NCBI GenBank assembly: GCA_963665295.1
Contig: OY762209.1
Location: 640,001-704,000 of the forward strand
DNA: 64,000 nucleotides
Direction of reading: 5' to 3'
Origin: Syntrophorhabdaceae bacterium
GTDB taxonomy: Bacteria > Desulfobacterota > Syntrophorhabdia > Syntrophorhabdales > Syntrophorhabdaceae
Shown here: in pieces, positions 20,112 through 27,905 of the stretch
Position numbering within the stretch: position 1 is the first letter of the stretch
How the letters are laid out: each line of letters starts with the position of its first letter
Notes under the pieces: model-generated
What the model was told of the DNA's origin: nothing
The model's database searches: none
The model's input: only the letters and a program-made list of their open reading frames with translations
Made by a program: the position numbers and the translations under genes

Positions 20112-21257
20112 TCACTCCTGACTCTGACTTCTGACTTCTGACTCCTGACTGTTCTTCTTAATCGCGTCTGCCCTCGCATGGGCGACCTGGCAGAAATATT
20201 CCACCGGCGCATCCATCTCCCCCGTCTCCAGCCAGGAATGGGCGGGACACCAGAGGCACATGTTTGTCAGGGCGCATTTACGACAGGTTTCGCGGAACTC
20301 GCGGCGCGACGAGCGCTTATCCCGCACCTTGGAGACAAGCTGCTCCCATGCCTCGCGGAGCGTCCCCCGGCGCAGATCGTACATGGTTTCCGGCGCCCAC
20401 AGGGAAGAACAGAGGCGGAACCTGCCGTCGTAACCGACGTTGAAACTCCCCGTCCCCGCCCCGCAATGGAAAAGGTGGTCGCAGCCACGACGGGTGAAAC
20501 CCGCATCGATAAGATCGTCGCACCCGGCCCGCAAAGCGCTGATGCGCCTTTCGTCCGCCCCCTCCAGGGCAACGATCTCCTCGGGCGTGAGGCGTTCAGC
20601 CCGGATCTCTGCGTTGCGCCCTTCATTCCGGTCAAAGCGCAGATGCAACTGGGGGTCAAAGCGGAAATAGTCCTTCGTGCGAGGGCGGCAGAAGGCGGCA
20701 ATAGCAGGCATTTCGTGGAAGTTGGATCGCATGGCCATGGCCTTCAGGCGAACCTTCACGTCGCTCTTCAGCAGCCGGTTGAGACCCTTTGTAAAAGCGG
20801 CAAAGGACCCGGGCCGGCGGGTAACACGCTCGTAAATTTCCTGAGACGCGCCATAGACAGTGACTTCCATATCCCGAGGCGGGTATTTCCTGAACAGGGC
20901 GATATGCTCGTCCCTCAGGAGCGTCGCGTTTGTAAAGACTGAAACGAGGAGGCCCTTGCGCTTGAGATTGAGGTAAATCTCCGGGAAGTCCTCGCGCAGG
21001 AGGGGCTCTCCGCCGGAAATGAGGACCCACATCGCGCCAAGGGCAACCGCCTGATCGGCAATACCGCTGATCTCCGGCAGAGACAGCTCCGTTGACTGGG
21101 CTTCCCTGTCATTGACGGGAAGATTGATATAACAGTGGCGGCAATTATTGTTGCAGCGCGCCGTAATCTCCAGGTCAAAGGAAAGGACGGCGTGACGCTC
21201 CTTGAGTCTATTCCAAAGGGGGAGGTCCTGGATTTCCTTTGCTGCAAAGGGGCGCAT
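20112..21257 (-). CDS. Radical SAM/SPASM peptide maturase (rSAM-3)
   Basis: CNNNCRHC, SGGEPLLR, CGAG...C, CRKC.....CLWCP...C. Confidence 0.92.
   Translation of the reverse strand: MRPFAAKEIQDLPLWNRLKERHAVLSFDLEITARCNNNCRHCYINLPVNDREAQSTELSLPEISGIADQAVALGAMWVLISGGEPLLREDFPEIYLNLKRKGLLVSVFTNATLLRDEHIALFRKYPPRDMEVTVYGASQEIYERVTRRPGSFAAFTKGLNRLLKSDVKVRLKAMAMRSNFHEMPAIAAFCRPRTKDYFRFDPQLHLRFDRNEGRNAEIRAERLTPEEIVALEGADERRISALRAGCDDLIDAGFTRRGCDHLFHCGAGTGSFNVGYDGRFRLCSSLWAPETMYDLRRGTLREAWEQLVSKVRDKRSSRREFRETCRKCALTNMCLWCPAHSWLETGEMDAPVEYFCQVAHARADAIKKNSQESEVRSQSQE
20115..20150. repeat. Heptamer tandem repeat (CTYCTGA)n in the 3' end of rSAM-3
   Basis: ctcctga ctctga cttctga cttctga ctcctga ct. Confidence 0.75.
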
Positions 21258-22214
21258 TTATACTACCGGGCCGGTCGTCATGCCGCTGCGCGCCAGAATA
21301 TCACGCGTCTTGCCGATAAGGGCCTTATCGAGTCCCGCACCGCGATAACGGGCCCGCACCCGCAGGTTCACACTGTGCCAGCCTGCCCCTTGAGGACATC
21401 TGTCAGGGCTCCGGACCATGGTTACCTGCGCCGCAGGGGTGCGCGCAGCGTTCAGAGTCATGGCCAGCGTCCATTCCATAACCGGTCCTTCCTGCTGCAA
21501 GGACGCGTTTATATTGAATTGATCCGGAGGAAAAACACGGCAAAGGTCGTGAGTCTGCCCCGGCTTCAAGGGCACCCTCACCTCGTAACGCGTCGAAGGG
21601 TGCAAAGCCTTTAGCCAAAGCCGTGCGACGGCTTGATATATGCCTGTGCCCTGAACCCGCTCCAGTCCCTTGATCGATCGTGCCCGGACGGCCCGGTTCC
21701 ACCATTCCCGAAACGATATCCGCACTTTTGCACAGCCTTTGAGCGGTTTCCGCGCGGTCGGCGTTGGCTTGCCTTCCCGTTCAATCTTTGTAACGACGCC
21801 GAGGACATCGTTTCCGCGGGTGGGGCCGTCATTGCCGTTATCGCTTCTATCAGGTCGGGTGATAATATAATGTCCTCCCCTGTCCGTACCCTTCGCGATA
21901 GTCCTATGCCCGAAGAGCCGTCCGTCACGGCGGGTAACGGCAATATCACCGACCTTAATATCATCGATAAGGCGCGATTCAATGTGGAGCATATCGCCGG
22001 AACGGATGCAGGGGTACATGCATGATCCCCGGGCAAGAAATGTCGCCTTGCCGCAGTCCGCCAACACACGTCCTATTTCCAATGACTCGACGATCAGGCT
22101 TCCCTGCAACCTTTCTCCCCCCATACCTCCTGTCTTTTCGGGAAGTCCGCATGACAGGGCACATTCCCTTTTGTCTTTTGACCGGAACGGACAGGAATAA
22201 AGATTACAGTCCAT
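21258..22214 (-). CDS. S24/S26 signal-peptidase-like protein with C-terminal GNAT-like motif (start uncertain)
   Basis: RGSCMYPCIRSGD, VGDI, GHR, D.....DG, VLGVV; C-terminal VRARYRGAGL. Confidence 0.75.
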   Translation of the reverse strand: MDCNLYSCPFRSKDKRECALSCGLPEKTGGMGGERLQGSLIVESLEIGRVLADCGKATFLARGSCMYPCIRSGDMLHIESRLIDDIKVGDIAVTRRDGRLFGHRTIAKGTDRGGHYIITRPDRSDNGNDGPTRGNDVLGVVTKIEREGKPTPTARKPLKGCAKVRISFREWWNRAVRARSIKGLERVQGTGIYQAVARLWLKALHPSTRYEVRVPLKPGQTHDLCRVFPPDQFNINASLQQEGPVMEWTLAMTLNAARTPAAQVTMVRSPDRCPQGAGWHSVNLRVRARYRGAGLDKALIGKTRDILARSGMTTGPVV

Positions 22215-22258
22215 CTCTTTGTGGTGAATTTTCAGACAATGTGATAGAGGCCCTCATG

Positions 22259-22567
22259 TCACGTTGCGCGAACGACAACCATCTTCCTTTGCGCCAGCTC
22301 CCTTATCAGTCCCATCACGTCCTTCTCAATTTCTTCCAGAGACGCGGCATACTCCAGCCCTAATTCCGACGTCACAGCCCGGAGGGTCTTTTGTCCGTCA
22401 AGGCGCATCCAGATCGCCTTGCCTGTCTCGTTCAACGTGTAAAGCTCATCGTCGGCATCGCCGATACCGGCGACGAGGGGAATAATGATCACTTCGTCCT
22501 CGATCACACGGGCAACTATATCTTCAGACGGCATATAAATGCCGTCGAGTTCGATTTCCGTGTTCAT
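22259..22567 (-). CDS. PqqD family RiPP recognition element (RRE)
   Basis: VARVIEDEVIIIP, LYTLNETGKAIW..LDG, EYAA....IEKDV..LI.EL. Confidence 0.92.
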   Translation of the reverse strand: MNTEIELDGIYMPSEDIVARVIEDEVIIIPLVAGIGDADDELYTLNETGKAIWMRLDGQKTLRAVTSELGLEYAASLEEIEKDVMGLIRELAQRKMVVVRAT

Positions 22568-22652
22568 AACGCCTTTTCGTGCTCCTTCCGCACTTTCATT
22601 TTCAGTCTGCGTATCTTTCCCGTTCGTAAGGGTCACCGGGGATAGGCAGCGC

Positions 22653-22838
22653 CTAACTCTCTATCTGATCGCTGCACAGATTGGTGCAACCAGTGTCGGA
22701 ATGGCAATTAAGGAAATGGGATAGAAAATTGCTGGTTGACCCGCCACCCTTACAGGCTCCCAGCACCGCCTCTTCCGGCCTGCCCCGCACAAGGACAATC
22801 AGTTCCGGTTTGCAGTATGACTTCTTGGTCTGTTGCAT
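22653..22838 (-). CDS. Putative RiPP precursor peptide 2 (61 aa)
   Basis: MQQTKKSYCKPELIVLVRGRPEEAVLGACK-GGGSTSNFLSHFLNCHSDTGCTNLCSDQIES; leader shared with precursor 1. Confidence 0.85.
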   Translation of the reverse strand: MQQTKKSYCKPELIVLVRGRPEEAVLGACKGGGSTSNFLSHFLNCHSDTGCTNLCSDQIES

Positions 22839-22908
22839 TCTTGTCTCTCTTTTCAAACACCCATATTTGTGTTTCGAATACTACCAGATAAACGACCTTT
22901 TGGCAATA

Positions 22909-24069
22909 TTAACGGCAAAACCCTTCGATACGCTCCCGCCATCCCGTTACCTCCCATGCATTCTCGTTCATTGTGATCAGCCCCAGATATCGCGCCTGGC
23001 CGTGGGCCACCTCGCACAGATATTCCACCGGAGTGTCCAGTGTGCCATGTTCCATCCAGGATTTGGCGGGGCATTGTCCGCAGAGCCCTTTGAGGAAGCA
23101 CCGGCCGCAGCGGCGCAGGTAATCCGGGTTGGCGGATCTGATTTCCCGCAAAGGGGGGAATGATTTCTCCAGGGCGGATTTCAAGGTCGTTTCGCGCAGA
23201 TCAACCGCCATATCCGGGGCGCGCAGGCCCATGCACATCTGCGCCTTCCCGTAAGCGTCGATGCAGGCCCCGTGTCCGGCGCCACAGGAGAAGAGTTTGT
23301 CTCCCGGCGGTCCCATGAACCTTCCGCAGAACTGCTTCATCTCTTTCAGATAAAGGGGGTTGCGTGACACCATGCCTACGGTCTCCTCGGGTGTTGCCCG
23401 GAGCTTTATGATGCGCGCGTTTTTCGCCGGATCGTCCCGCCGGGAACGGAGGTCGAAATTCATGGAGTAATCGGGCATTTTATCCATCCGGGGAATCGTC
23501 CGCGCCCATGATTCAAATGCTGTCAGGTCGTTTTTCAGCAAGGGCAGCAGGGCCGCCTTCACAATGAAAGGGACCTGATGTTTCTCCAGAAGTCCGACGC
23601 CGCGGCGAAACTCCGCGAAGGCGCCCTTCCTGCCCACGGCCCGATCATAGGACTCCGGCCGCATTCCATAAACCGTGACCTCCACCACCCGCCCCGGCGG
23701 CATTTTCGCCAGCAGCGTAGCCAGTTCCGGGGTGATAAGGCAGGCATTGGTGAAGAGAATGACCCGTATCCCCCGACGGCGGGTGAATTCATACAACTCT
23801 GCAAAATCTTCACGCAGGAGGGGCTCGCCGCCGGTGAGCCGGACAGTCAGGCACCCGAGGTTGGCGGCCTGGGCCATGACATCCTTGACAAAATCCGTAC
23901 TCATTTCCCGGTTGCGGGCGTCGGCGTCGCCTTCCGGAAGATTGATGCAGCAGTGGATGCAGTTGTTATTGCACCTCTCCGTCAACTCCATGTCGAGTTG
24001 GCCCAAAAGTGGCCGCGTGCCGTGTCCGATAGTGAATTCATGGGGCTTTAACGTTCTTATATAAGTCAT
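22909..24069 (-). CDS. Radical SAM/SPASM peptide maturase (rSAM-2)
   Basis: CNNNCIHC, TGGEPLLR, CGAG...C, CGRC.....CGQCP...C; start ATG 24069 with GGGGAG RBS. Confidence 0.92.
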   Translation of the reverse strand: MTYIRTLKPHEFTIGHGTRPLLGQLDMELTERCNNNCIHCCINLPEGDADARNREMSTDFVKDVMAQAANLGCLTVRLTGGEPLLREDFAELYEFTRRRGIRVILFTNACLITPELATLLAKMPPGRVVEVTVYGMRPESYDRAVGRKGAFAEFRRGVGLLEKHQVPFIVKAALLPLLKNDLTAFESWARTIPRMDKMPDYSMNFDLRSRRDDPAKNARIIKLRATPEETVGMVSRNPLYLKEMKQFCGRFMGPPGDKLFSCGAGHGACIDAYGKAQMCMGLRAPDMAVDLRETTLKSALEKSFPPLREIRSANPDYLRRCGRCFLKGLCGQCPAKSWMEHGTLDTPVEYLCEVAHGQARYLGLITMNENAWEVTGWRERIEGFCR

Positions 24070-24238
24070 GTATACTCCCCCATCATCAACGCCGCCCACG
24101 CCTGGTTGATCCCCCCTTGCACACCGCGGCAGGTCCGGGACCCCTCCGCCTGCGTTGAGCCTGTCACACAGTTCCCATGGTTCGACTTCGCCCGCCGTGG
24201 GCGGGCCAAAACCCATAAGGGCCGGGAAGCAAAGGGGG

Positions 24239-24412
24239 CTAGCTTGATGTGATCTCGTTGCACCCGCCCCAACCTTGTTCATCGCAATAGGATAGGAATT
24301 CCCAGGGGCCGGCTGCAAAACTTGATTTACACGCGCTTAAGACAGCCTCCTCCGGCTTGTTCCGCACCAGGACGATCAGTTGTCTCACCCACGCCTTCTT
24401 GCTTTCTGTCAT
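24239..24412 (-). CDS. Putative RiPP precursor peptide 1 (57 aa)
   Basis: MTESKKAWVRQLIVLVRNKPEEAVLSACK-SSFAAGPWEFLSYCDEQGWGGCNEITSS; GGGGAGG RBS. Confidence 0.85.
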   Translation of the reverse strand: MTESKKAWVRQLIVLVRNKPEEAVLSACKSSFAAGPWEFLSYCDEQGWGGCNEITSS

Positions 24413-24429
24413 CTTTCCATCCTCCCCTA

Positions 24430-26436
24430 TCAAGGACCGGGTTTGCGTTCCAATTGTTGAGCCCCTGAACCTATAAACCTCTTTATCTCCCCCGCTATCT
24501 CTCCGCTCTTGTCGAACCGCATCACGTAACATGGCGCTTCATTGCTCAGCTCTCCGATCAGATCGAGGGTCTTCTCCCACCAGTCGGCAGTGACGAAGGG
24601 TTTGATGACGCAGGCGAGCAGACGGCGCACGACCTCCTTGCGGTCGGTGAGGGGCGTGATGGTATTCGCCTTCGCCTTTTCGATAAAACAGATGGCCCGA
24701 AGCGGCGCATCATTGCCGGAGACGACGGGCACGTCGCCGTGGCTCCAGGTGCCGTATATCCGCCAGCCGTCGCCCGTGCGCCGGACGATGTTCCGGTCGT
24801 CGCATAGGATTTCGACATTCATCTCACCCCTTGTCCCAGCCTCGATCAGCATATTGGTCGCAGTGGATTTCCCCGCCTCGGAGTGGCCTACAAAGAGCAC
24901 GCCCGCGCCGTTCAGGATTGCCCCTGCCGAGTGGAGGTAGCAGCCCCGGCGATCTGCCAGCAGGCGGGCGATGAGTATCTGATCGGAGGGGAACATGGTC
25001 AGGGAATGGAGGCCGCCCTTCCGCCAGGTATCGCTCCGGATATGGTCGTTGTAGATACGGGCGCGGGTATGATCGGCGTTGAAGGTCGCCACGCGGTGCA
25101 GCGACGGGTCGTCCGCCTCGGGGGAGATGCCGAGATAGATGTAGGAGCCGTTCTGCCGGGAGATTGCCCAGGGCGGTTTGCGGTAGAGTACCCTACCCAG
25201 ATCCTTGCCCGTGAGATCGGGAAGTTCGAAGTGGTGGCGGATCGTAACCGTGTCCGCTCCGGGTCCGTCGGCGCGAAAGGAGTCAAACTTCAGGTGAAAG
25301 GTCTGATCGTCTATGGTGAGGTCGCTGTCCACCCGGATCGTGATCCCGGCAATCCGGTAATAGCGGCGGTGGTCGGCCCGCCACTCTTCCCTGAACCCTT
25401 CGTCCTCCTGCGCCACATCGCATAAATGTTCCACGGGTGCCGAAAAGCGGCCATGCTCCAGCCAGCCGTACACGGGGCACCAGCGGCAGTCTTTGCGCTT
25501 GTCACAGGGGCCGCAATTTTCCCCGTACTCCGCGCCGCCGAGCACCCTGTCCGCCAGGGTGGGGATGAACGTCTCCCACGCTTCCCGGACCGTCCCCTTG
25601 CGCAGGTCATAGCGCATGGCGGGATCTTTGAGGAAGGAGCAGAAGGTCATGCCGCCGTAAGGATCAATATGGAAATCCCTCTTTCCGGCAATGCAGCGGG
25701 CAAAGAGGCGGTCGTCGCCGTCAGTCTGTCCGCACAGGCGGGCGTGCGCCTCTTCGCAGGAGAGATCGGGCGGGTCCAGTTCCACTACATCCCGGGGGTC
25801 GAGGCGCTGACGGACGATCTCGGCGTTGCGCTCCGGATCACGGCACGAGGAAAGATACAACCACGGGGCACCGACGCGCCAATGTTTGCTCAGAGACTTC
25901 GCTAGATCCTGCATCTTTTCCCATTCATGCCGGTTGTCCCGCATGGGGATCAACTGGATGATGAAGCCCGCCCCCGCCTCCTTAAGATAACGGAGGCCTT
26001 CCATGACCTTTTCGAAGCCGCCGGGGTGGCGGGTCACATGGTCATAGGTTTCTCTTGTCGCGCCATAAAGGGCAATCATCTTACTCCCCTTGCGTTTGAG
26101 GAGACGGGCTATTTCCGGCGTGATGAGGGTTCCGTTCGTATTAAGGGTATAGGAGACGGCTTTCCCGGTCACGTACTCGAATATTTCAGGAAAGTCGGGG
26201 CGCACCATGGGTTCGCCGCCCGAGATGGACCAGCGGCGCGTGCCCAGGGCACGGGCCTGATCGACCACGTTCTTGATCTCGTCAAAAGTGAATTCCTCTT
26301 CTTGTTCTTCGGGATGTTCGGGCAGCCACAGCCAACAATGACGGCAGCGGTTATTGCACCGGTAAGTCAGGTCGATCCGGCCTTCCAGAGGCAATCGCAC
26401 ATCGTGCAACTTCTCGTACGTGAGCAGACTTTTCAT
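24430..26436 (-). CDS. Radical SAM/SPASM protein fused to a C-terminal HprK-related P-loop domain (rSAM-1)
   Basis: CNNRCRHC, SGGEP, CGPC.....CRWCP; C-terminal LHSAG, GHSEAGKST, CDDR, GTWSHG. Confidence 0.9.
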   Translation of the reverse strand: MKSLLTYEKLHDVRLPLEGRIDLTYRCNNRCRHCWLWLPEHPEEQEEEFTFDEIKNVVDQARALGTRRWSISGGEPMVRPDFPEIFEYVTGKAVSYTLNTNGTLITPEIARLLKRKGSKMIALYGATRETYDHVTRHPGGFEKVMEGLRYLKEAGAGFIIQLIPMRDNRHEWEKMQDLAKSLSKHWRVGAPWLYLSSCRDPERNAEIVRQRLDPRDVVELDPPDLSCEEAHARLCGQTDGDDRLFARCIAGKRDFHIDPYGGMTFCSFLKDPAMRYDLRKGTVREAWETFIPTLADRVLGGAEYGENCGPCDKRKDCRWCPVYGWLEHGRFSAPVEHLCDVAQEDEGFREEWRADHRRYYRIAGITIRVDSDLTIDDQTFHLKFDSFRADGPGADTVTIRHHFELPDLTGKDLGRVLYRKPPWAISRQNGSYIYLGISPEADDPSLHRVATFNADHTRARIYNDHIRSDTWRKGGLHSLTMFPSDQILIARLLADRRGCYLHSAGAILNGAGVLFVGHSEAGKSTATNMLIEAGTRGEMNVEILCDDRNIVRRTGDGWRIYGTWSHGDVPVVSGNDAPLRAICFIEKAKANTITPLTDRKEVVRRLLACVIKPFVTADWWEKTLDLIGELSNEAPCYVMRFDKSGEIAGEIKRFIGSGAQQLERKPGP

Positions 26437-26539
26437 GGTTCAGTGAGACTATGGTACCGAAACCCTCCACATTAAGCAATACCTTTCAATTTGAAAGGTA
26501 AACACGCCCCCGGGGCCCCGGGGGCAAAACAATTAAGAT

Positions 26540-26719
26540 CTACCTCCGCCGGATTTCCTCTATCTTTTCCGCCGGCAATCCCAGCCATTCCAGGAAACTC
26601 TGATGGCCGTCCGGGTTCTCGGCCTCGAACAGCCCGTGCCAATTCTCCATCGCCTTATCGTCAAGACCGATCGCCCGGAACCGCCTGACCCATTCGTCCA
26701 CCGTTACCATCTGATTCAT
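26540..26719 (-). CDS. Small protein resembling the C-terminal domain of some MerR regulators, no HTH
   Basis: W..RFRAIGLDD.AM..WH..FE...P..HQ.FLEWLG....I..IR; AAGGGAG RBS. Confidence 0.7.
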   Translation of the reverse strand: MNQMVTVDEWVRRFRAIGLDDKAMENWHGLFEAENPDGHQSFLEWLGLPAEKIEEIRRR

Positions 26720-26768
26720 CGTCTTCTCCCTTGTCTCGAATGATTTTACCATAGCTATGATAGAGATA

Positions 26769-26799
26769 AGGCTACAGTGTGAACCGGTAGACAGGTCAA
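26769..26799 (-). promoter_or_regulatory. MerR-type promoter with 19-bp spacer and dyad
   Basis: TTGACC-N19-TAGCCT with imperfect palindrome TGTctACCGGTtcACA in the spacer. Confidence 0.6.
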
Positions 26800-26831
26800 G
26801 AAAAAAATAATGGGGCTCAGATTCCTTTACC

Positions 26832-27578
26832 TTATTTCGATGGACGCCATTCGAGCCTTGCCCGGCAAAGCTCCTTGCCGTCCCCGGCGCGCCTCACGGA
26901 GCATAGTTCCCGGTCATCGGTTTCCTCACACACTACCACGACTTCGTCCTTCGGCAGCGCTTCAGAAAGAAAGCTGAGCTCAATCGACCGGGGCTCCGTC
27001 GCTAAAAGGTGTTCGTAAGAATGACTATCTATCATCCATTGCAGGTATTTGGCCGAGTTCACATGCCGGTTCATGTCGATATCGGAGAAAAGCACCTTGA
27101 ACCGGGCAAGGTCCTTGCCGCTTTTCAATTCCTGCACCTTCTCCAGGCTGGTTTCCATCTCATCCTTTCCCGGTTGCCACGGAAAGCTGTCCAATTTCCG
27201 GTCAAACCTTTGCGGGCGGCCGCTTGTCTTATCCAGTACCATCCATGAAGAAGTGGCGGAGACCAGTCTTTCTCCTGCCGAGGCAATGGTAAAGTCGCGG
27301 AGGGCATAAAACCTTACTGTCTTTTTTCCCCACGTTTCGATTGTGATGTGCTCGCCCCATGCAGGGAGTCGCGTGATGAGCATCTTGACCTTTATCAGCA
27401 CCCACATCAGATTCCGTGCCGACAGTTCGTCCTGCCCGTAATGTGTCCCTTTGGCATGGTTCCAGGCTGAATTCAACAGATAAGCAAATAGTGTCTGTGG
27501 GCGTAACCGGCCCAGGATATCTACATCGAATGACTCGACAAGTCGCTGTTCCTTCCAAACGTCCGGGTTTTGGCCCAT
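26832..27578 (-). CDS. Acyl-ACP thioesterase (double hotdog)
   Basis: SDIDMNRHVNSAKY catalytic motif, P.WGE.I.IETW; GGAGG RBS before ATG 27578. Confidence 0.9.
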   Translation of the reverse strand: MGQNPDVWKEQRLVESFDVDILGRLRPQTLFAYLLNSAWNHAKGTHYGQDELSARNLMWVLIKVKMLITRLPAWGEHITIETWGKKTVRFYALRDFTIASAGERLVSATSSWMVLDKTSGRPQRFDRKLDSFPWQPGKDEMETSLEKVQELKSGKDLARFKVLFSDIDMNRHVNSAKYLQWMIDSHSYEHLLATEPRSIELSFLSEALPKDEVVVVCEETDDRELCSVRRAGDGKELCRARLEWRPSK

Positions 27579-27905
27579 TTGATCCGGTTTTCCTCCGCTA
27601 TGGTTTTTGTGCATTCCGGCCTGCTTCGAAAGTATTCCCTGTCCCTCCGCGCCCCGAAGGTCCCGGACCCCGGGATATCCCTTCCGATCACATGGAGGGG
27701 CCTCAAGGCGCGCATAGCGAGAGATGGTCAAGGATATCGCGAAGGCCTCACCGGCGTCAACAACAAGTTCGCTCCGAACTTTTTAATGGATACTCCCTAT
27801 GCGAAGGCATTTCCGCCATGTCACATGGCAAATATTGTGGGAAAAGACCGGCTGAGGGTGTACAATGAGTGAGAAAAGGTCAAATCACCGGAGACGTTAT
27901 ATATC

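Noticed and set aside
20112..26436. Lasso peptide or PQQ biosynthesis cluster
   Set aside because: No asparagine-synthetase-like cyclase or transglutaminase-like B2 protease; no PqqB/PqqC and no ExxxY core
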